Assembly: GCA_944384415.1 (NCBI GenBank)
Contig: CALWTF010000022.1
Coordinates: 20,116-84,115 of the forward strand
Length of the DNA stretch: 64,000 nucleotides
Origin: an uncultured Clostridia bacterium
GTDB taxonomy: Bacteria; Bacillota; Clostridia; Christensenellales; UBA1242
Direction of reading: 5' to 3'
The first letter of the stretch is position 1. The number at the start of each line of letters is the position of its first letter. This document shows, in pieces, positions 60,121 to 64,000 of the stretch. The position numbers and the translations under genes are program-made. The notes below the pieces were generated by a model. The model ran no database searches and was not told the DNA's origin. It saw nothing but the letters and a program-made list of their open reading frames with translations.

Positions 60121-60675
60121 TTAATAATCTTTTTTGTATATAGCAAAATATGCTTGTGGATGAGCACAAACTGGGCAAATTTCAGGTGCAGATTCACCAA
60201 AATAATGTGTACCACAATTCAAGCAAACCCACTCCTGCTCTCCAACTTTTTTAAACACTTCACCTTTTTTAATGTTTTCTAATAAATCTTTAAATCTGTT
60301 TTCGTGTTCTTTTTCAATATCTGCAACGCCACGAAAAAGTTGTGCAATTTCAGGGAAACCCTCATCATCAGCTGTTTTTGCAAAGTTTGCATACATATCG
60401 GTCCATTCATGGTTTTCGCCTTCTGCTGCCCATTCTAAACATTGTTCAATATCACCCATTCCATGAAAAAGTTTAAACCAAATTTTAGCGTGTTCTTTTT
60501 CATTTAATGCTGTTTCAGAAAAATACCTAGCTATTTGTTCATAACCAGCTTTTTTTGCTATACTAGCAAAAAAATCATATTTATTTCTTGCTTGACTTTC
60601 ACCAGCAAATGCTGTCATAAGATTTTTTTCTGTTTGTGTTCCTTTCAAGGCTTCAACCTTTTCTAATTTCATCAT
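60121..60675 (-). CDS. rbr: rubrerythrin
   Basis: Ferritin-like di-iron domain (ExxH pairs: [16 protein letters not shown]) plus a C-terminal rubredoxin-like CLNC...CPVC. Confidence 0.93.
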   Translation of the reverse strand: MMKLEKVEALKGTQTEKNLMTAFAGESQARNKYDFFASIAKKAGYEQIARYFSETALNEKEHAKIWFKLFHGMGDIEQCLEWAAEGENHEWTDMYANFAKTADDEGFPEIAQLFRGVADIEKEHENRFKDLLENIKKGEVFKKVGEQEWVCLNCGTHYFGESAPEICPVCAHPQAYFAIYKKDY

Positions 60676-60883
60676 AAATAAAATCCTCCTTTAAAGTTGT
60701 TATATTATAAATTATTTAAAAAAATTTAACAAGTAAAATTATATATATTAATAAAAGTTTTGTTGAATTTTATCTATAATAAAATGATGAATATTTTATA
60801 AAATAATCATATGTCCGAAGATTAATTTAATGTTTTAATAATAAATGATAAAATTATTAAATAGCTTTATGTATTTAAAATAA

Positions 60884-62011
60884 CTACAAAACAATGACAA
60901 TCTTTTAACATTTAAATATGGCGTTGATGGAGTTATTGGATTTACTTATGCAGGCGTTGGTGAATATTTCTATAAAAAGAATATTTTCGGCGACATTATT
61001 GGCATTATCGACAGCAATGAACAAGAAATTGCTAAATATGTATATGATGCTTGGGGAAATCACAAAACATATGTATTAAATGATGGACAATACTTTGACA
61101 TTTCAGAGAATTTGAGTTATATTAATAGTGGTTTAAACAATAAATTTATTGCTGAACTTAACCTATTCCGTTATCGTGGTTACTACTATGATATTGAAAC
61201 AGGTCTGTACTACTTAAATAGTAGATACTATGATCCAGAAATCGGTAGATTTATCAATGCTGATGATATTAGCTACTTGGATCCAGAATCAATTAATGGT
61301 TTGAATTTATATGCATATTGTGTTAATAATCCTACTAATCTTTCTGATGAAACTGGTTGTGCTTGGTGGGATTGGTTAATTAGCGGATTACAAATCGTTG
61401 TTGGTGCAGTTCTTGTAGCAACTGGTGTCGGTGCTGGGTTCGGTGCAATGTTAATCGCTGGTGGAACTATTGGATTAATTTCTAATGCTGTTGGTAGTGC
61501 AATTGGTGGTGGCATCGGTTCTGTTGTTAATGGTGGTGGTGCAATTTCAACAGGAATTTCCCTTTTCTCCTATGGTCCTATAGGAATTATTGCCGGAATT
61601 GGATTAATTGCCGTTGGCGCAGCAACTGCCATAATGGGAACAAATGAAATCGCTCGTGGTATAACTGGACATAATTATATACAGGAATGGACTGGTATGA
61701 GTGATTCATTATACAGCGGATTGTATTTAGGATTTAACCTAGCGTCATCAATTGGAACAATTGCTGCTAGATTAGGAATGCGCTCTATATCATCAATAAA
61801 TTCCAACAATGCAGAAATACACTATAAACCTTATGGGAAAATAAATACTGGTAAAAATATTTATTATTATGATGGTAAAGGTAACCCATATTGGGCCATC
61901 CACAACTTCGGGAAAGCAACTCAGCATTGGCACACTAGTTTGGGAAGAGACGGAGAACATATCTATAGCTATCTCAAATTTATCATTAAATTTATATTTA
62001 GAAAATGGTAG
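60884..62011 (+). pseudogene. 5'-truncated RHS/YD-repeat polymorphic toxin tail (orphan C-terminal cassette)
   Basis: Frame opens right after the TAA at 60881-60883. It reads YD-repeat/core sequence (FKYGVDGVIGFTY, AKYVYDAWGN, FRYRGYYYDIETGLYYLNSRYYDPEIGRFINADD, GLNLYAYCVNNPTNLSDETG), then a variable tip. No ATG/GTG for ~190 codons and no SD. TAG stop at 62009-62011. Confidence 0.75.
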
Positions 62012-62037
62012 CAAATTCTTTAAAAGGAGGTTTTATT

Positions 62038-62376
62038 ATGAAAGATAAGAATGGAAATAACGATTTATCATTAGATTTGCAAAAAAAACTAAATATATTT
62101 GATCATGCACCTAAAAATTCTAAAATTAGTAGTTTCCTGACATGGTCAGAGTTTAGTATGATTTTTGTAAATACAAAACTTATTTTCCCTTTAGCATATG
62201 GAACAACAAATTTTGAGTTAATTAATTGTGGGAATAAATCAATTTTGACTATTGACTACAAGGATGCTGATAATGATTTGATTTTTAATTATAATTCAGC
62301 TCAAGATTTATTAAACAAAGCGATAATTAATAATAAACCTTTGAGAGATATTTGGAATGATGTAATAATTGGTTAA
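62038..62376 (+). CDS. candidate cognate immunity protein (112 aa, no TM, no family recognised)
   Basis: AAAGGAGG SD 7 nt upstream of the ATG at 62038, 27 nt after the toxin stop, followed by a strong terminator. The position is typical of polymorphic-toxin immunity genes. Confidence 0.5.
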   Translation: MKDKNGNNDLSLDLQKKLNIFDHAPKNSKISSFLTWSEFSMIFVNTKLIFPLAYGTTNFELINCGNKSILTIDYKDADNDLIFNYNSAQDLLNKAIINNKPLRDIWNDVIIG

Positions 62377-62395
62377 TGATCTATTTGATTCACTA

Positions 62396-62432
62396 AAAAA
62401 CATAAACAGCATAATGTTGTTTATGTTTTTTA
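62396..62432 (+). terminator. rho-independent terminator after the immunity candidate
   Basis: 10-bp perfect stem AACATAAACA / TGTTTATGTT, 9-nt loop, T-run. Confidence 0.7.
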
Positions 62433-62449
62433 TTACATTTTTTAAAAAA

Positions 62450-62518
62450 AATGGCATTGAAATTGTTCGCTATGCTTATGATGGTATTTCTCGACTTGTT
62501 CATGAGGACAATAAAAAA
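62450..62518 (+). pseudogene. short RHS/YD-repeat shard
   Basis: Reads NGIEIVRYAYDGISRLVHEDNKK, a single YD repeat (YxYDxxxRL). No start, no continuation. The rest of track ORF 62369..62710 runs antisense into rarA. Confidence 0.4.
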
Positions 62519-62575
62519 GCTACTTCTTATATGTTAATTAATTTTTATATCAAATCTGTATTTTCTAACACTTTT

Positions 62576-63814
62576 TTATTTCTTTTTGATGTCTTTTCTA
62601 TTAAAATATTTTCTATCTTTCAAACTATCTGGCAAATATTGTTGCTTTACATAACCACCATAATCATGTGGATATTTATATTTTTTGCTTGCTTCTGTAT
62701 GATTTTTTAAATAATCTGGAACATTGTCATCTGGATGATTTTTTGCATCATCTTGAGCCATATTCATAGCAACTACCACTCTATTATCTTTTGGTGATTC
62801 ACACACATATATTATTGCTTGAGTTAATGCTAAATTCCCTTCTGGCATTCCCAAATGGTCAAGTGCGTACAAACTTGCACAAGCCTGAAGTAACGCATTT
62901 GGCGCAGATAAGCCTACATCTTCCGAGGCGTGTGCTATAAGTCTGCGACTTAATATCTGTGGTTCTATTCCAGCTTCAATAAGCCTGTTTGCATAGTATA
63001 ATGCTGCTGTTGAATCACTGCCACGAAGACTTTTGCAAAAAGCACTTAGTAAATGATAATATAAATCCTCATCTAAACTTAAAGCCTTCTTTTGTAAACA
63101 CTCAGCTGCAATCTCTTTATTTATAACTATTTCGTTATTTTTATTAGGAGATGTAGTTATAACCCCAATTTCCAAACCGTTAAGAGCACTTCGAACATCA
63201 CCAGAACTTGCATCTGCAAAATAACCAAGAGCATCTTCATCTATTTTAATTTTATGTGCTTTTAAATTAATATCTGTTTCTATAGCCTTTTTTAAAACAA
63301 GTTTTATATCTTCAGCCGATAACCTTTTAAACTCGAAGATTGAACATCTAGAAACGATTGCCCTTGTCATACTGTAACTAGGATTTTCAGTTGTACAACC
63401 AATAAAGTTAATATACCCATTTTCAAGAGCTGCCAACAATGAATCACTTTGTGCTTTACTCCACCTATGACATTCGTCAAGTAATAAATAAGTCCTTTTA
63501 CCATATAATTCAAATTCATTCTTAGCTTTCTCAATAATTGATTTTACTTCGGCAACACCACTTGATATTGCATTAAGTTTTACAAAGTTTGAATTGCTTG
63601 TATCAGCTATAATTCTTGCAAGCGTTGTCTTCCCTGTTCCTGGTGGACCATAAAATATTACACTTGGAACCATTTTTGACTCTATAAGCCTACGAAGCAA
63701 TTTTCCAAAACCAATTATGTGCTTTTGTCCAACAAAATCATCAAGATTATTAGGTCTCATTCTTTCTGCTAATGGTTTTTTATTATTGTTTAAATTTTCA
63801 AACAAACTTTGCAT
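62576..63814 (-). CDS. rarA: replication-associated recombination protein A (RarA/MgsA)
   Basis: LAERMRPNNLDDFVGQKH, Walker A GPPGTGKTT, Walker B LLLDECHRW, C-terminal MgsA block (YYHLLSAFCKSLRGSD, PHDYGGYVKQQYLP). Confidence 0.95.
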   Translation of the reverse strand: MQSLFENLNNNKKPLAERMRPNNLDDFVGQKHIIGFGKLLRRLIESKMVPSVIFYGPPGTGKTTLARIIADTSNSNFVKLNAISSGVAEVKSIIEKAKNEFELYGKRTYLLLDECHRWSKAQSDSLLAALENGYINFIGCTTENPSYSMTRAIVSRCSIFEFKRLSAEDIKLVLKKAIETDINLKAHKIKIDEDALGYFADASSGDVRSALNGLEIGVITTSPNKNNEIVINKEIAAECLQKKALSLDEDLYYHLLSAFCKSLRGSDSTAALYYANRLIEAGIEPQILSRRLIAHASEDVGLSAPNALLQACASLYALDHLGMPEGNLALTQAIIYVCESPKDNRVVVAMNMAQDDAKNHPDDNVPDYLKNHTEASKKYKYPHDYGGYVKQQYLPDSLKDRKYFNRKDIKKK

Positions 63815-64000
63815 TTTTATCCTTTCCTTATTCGTAACATTAATAAATTTTATGTATTAAAAATAAACTTATTTTAATTTTATATAATATAGTTCCATTA
63901 TAACACATATATATTATAATTTAAAGTAGTTTTATAAAATTATATATAGTTTATATTTATATCTTGATTTAAATTGAATGTGTCAACTTCTGAGTAATAA

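Noticed and set aside
60690-60760. PerR/Fur-type operator upstream of rubrerythrin
   Set aside because: Several TTATAAT-like half sites are present. In DNA this AT-rich such matches are expected by chance, and no clean 7-1-7 inverted repeat could be read.
62369-62710. 113-aa ORF after the immunity gene
   Set aside because: It has no SD and begins inside the terminator region. Its 3' half is antisense to the conserved rarA C-terminus. Only the 23-codon YD-repeat shard (62450-62518) looks meaningful.
1-64000. Alternative genetic code (TGA = Trp, as in Mollicutes) suggested by the extreme AT content
   Set aside because: The tRNA-Trp anticodon is CCA, conserved Trp positions use TGG, and all conserved genes are full length under the standard bacterial code.

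Overview
Very AT-rich chromosomal segment from a Bacillota (Firmicutes)-type genome using the standard bacterial code (tRNA-Trp has a CCA anticodon and long ORFs are intact under code 11). Most of the window is ordinary, densely packed housekeeping DNA, and from about 6 kb to 60.7 kb it is transcribed almost entirely from the minus strand. The core genes include rny, recA, a cinA-like gene, pgsA, rimO, ftsK, pnp, rpsO, recJ, secDF, yajC and ruvABC. They also include yloV/asp23, rpmB, rpe, priA, rpoZ, gatCAB, ligA, pcrA and rplS. The rest are rnhB, rbgA, trmD, rimM, rpsP, ffh, ylxM, yebC, rplT-rpmI-infC, thrS behind a Thr T-box, ytxC, rubrerythrin and rarA. Sporulation-associated genes (yabP-yabQ-divIC, a YlxY-like deacetylase, ytxC) suggest a spore-former lineage. 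There are five tRNA genes (Trp; Val-Gly; Cys-Leu), each unit with a near-consensus sigma-70 promoter and a hairpin terminator. I saw no CRISPR array, transposase, integrase or phage genes. The only clearly accessory DNA is a ~1.7 kb plus-strand islet at 60.9-62.5 kb between rubrerythrin and rarA. It holds a 5'-truncated RHS/YD-repeat toxin tail with an unclassified C-terminal tip, a tightly linked candidate immunity gene, a terminator and a second small RHS shard. This is the best candidate for something new, but it belongs to a known system class (polymorphic toxin/immunity), not a new class. Other points worth a second look are listed here. A PadR-type regulator is fused to a long low-complexity linker and a 4-TM domain, next to an ABC transporter. 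A HemN/HemZ-like radical SAM gene is broken by one in-frame TAA. An in-frame 15-nt tandem repeat encodes a poly-Asn/Asp tail on YajC. infC probably starts at a non-canonical AUA codon behind an attenuator leader. Two short SD-preceded ORFs fall below the track cutoff. All calls rest on motif recognition, synteny and manual folding only; no searches were run.
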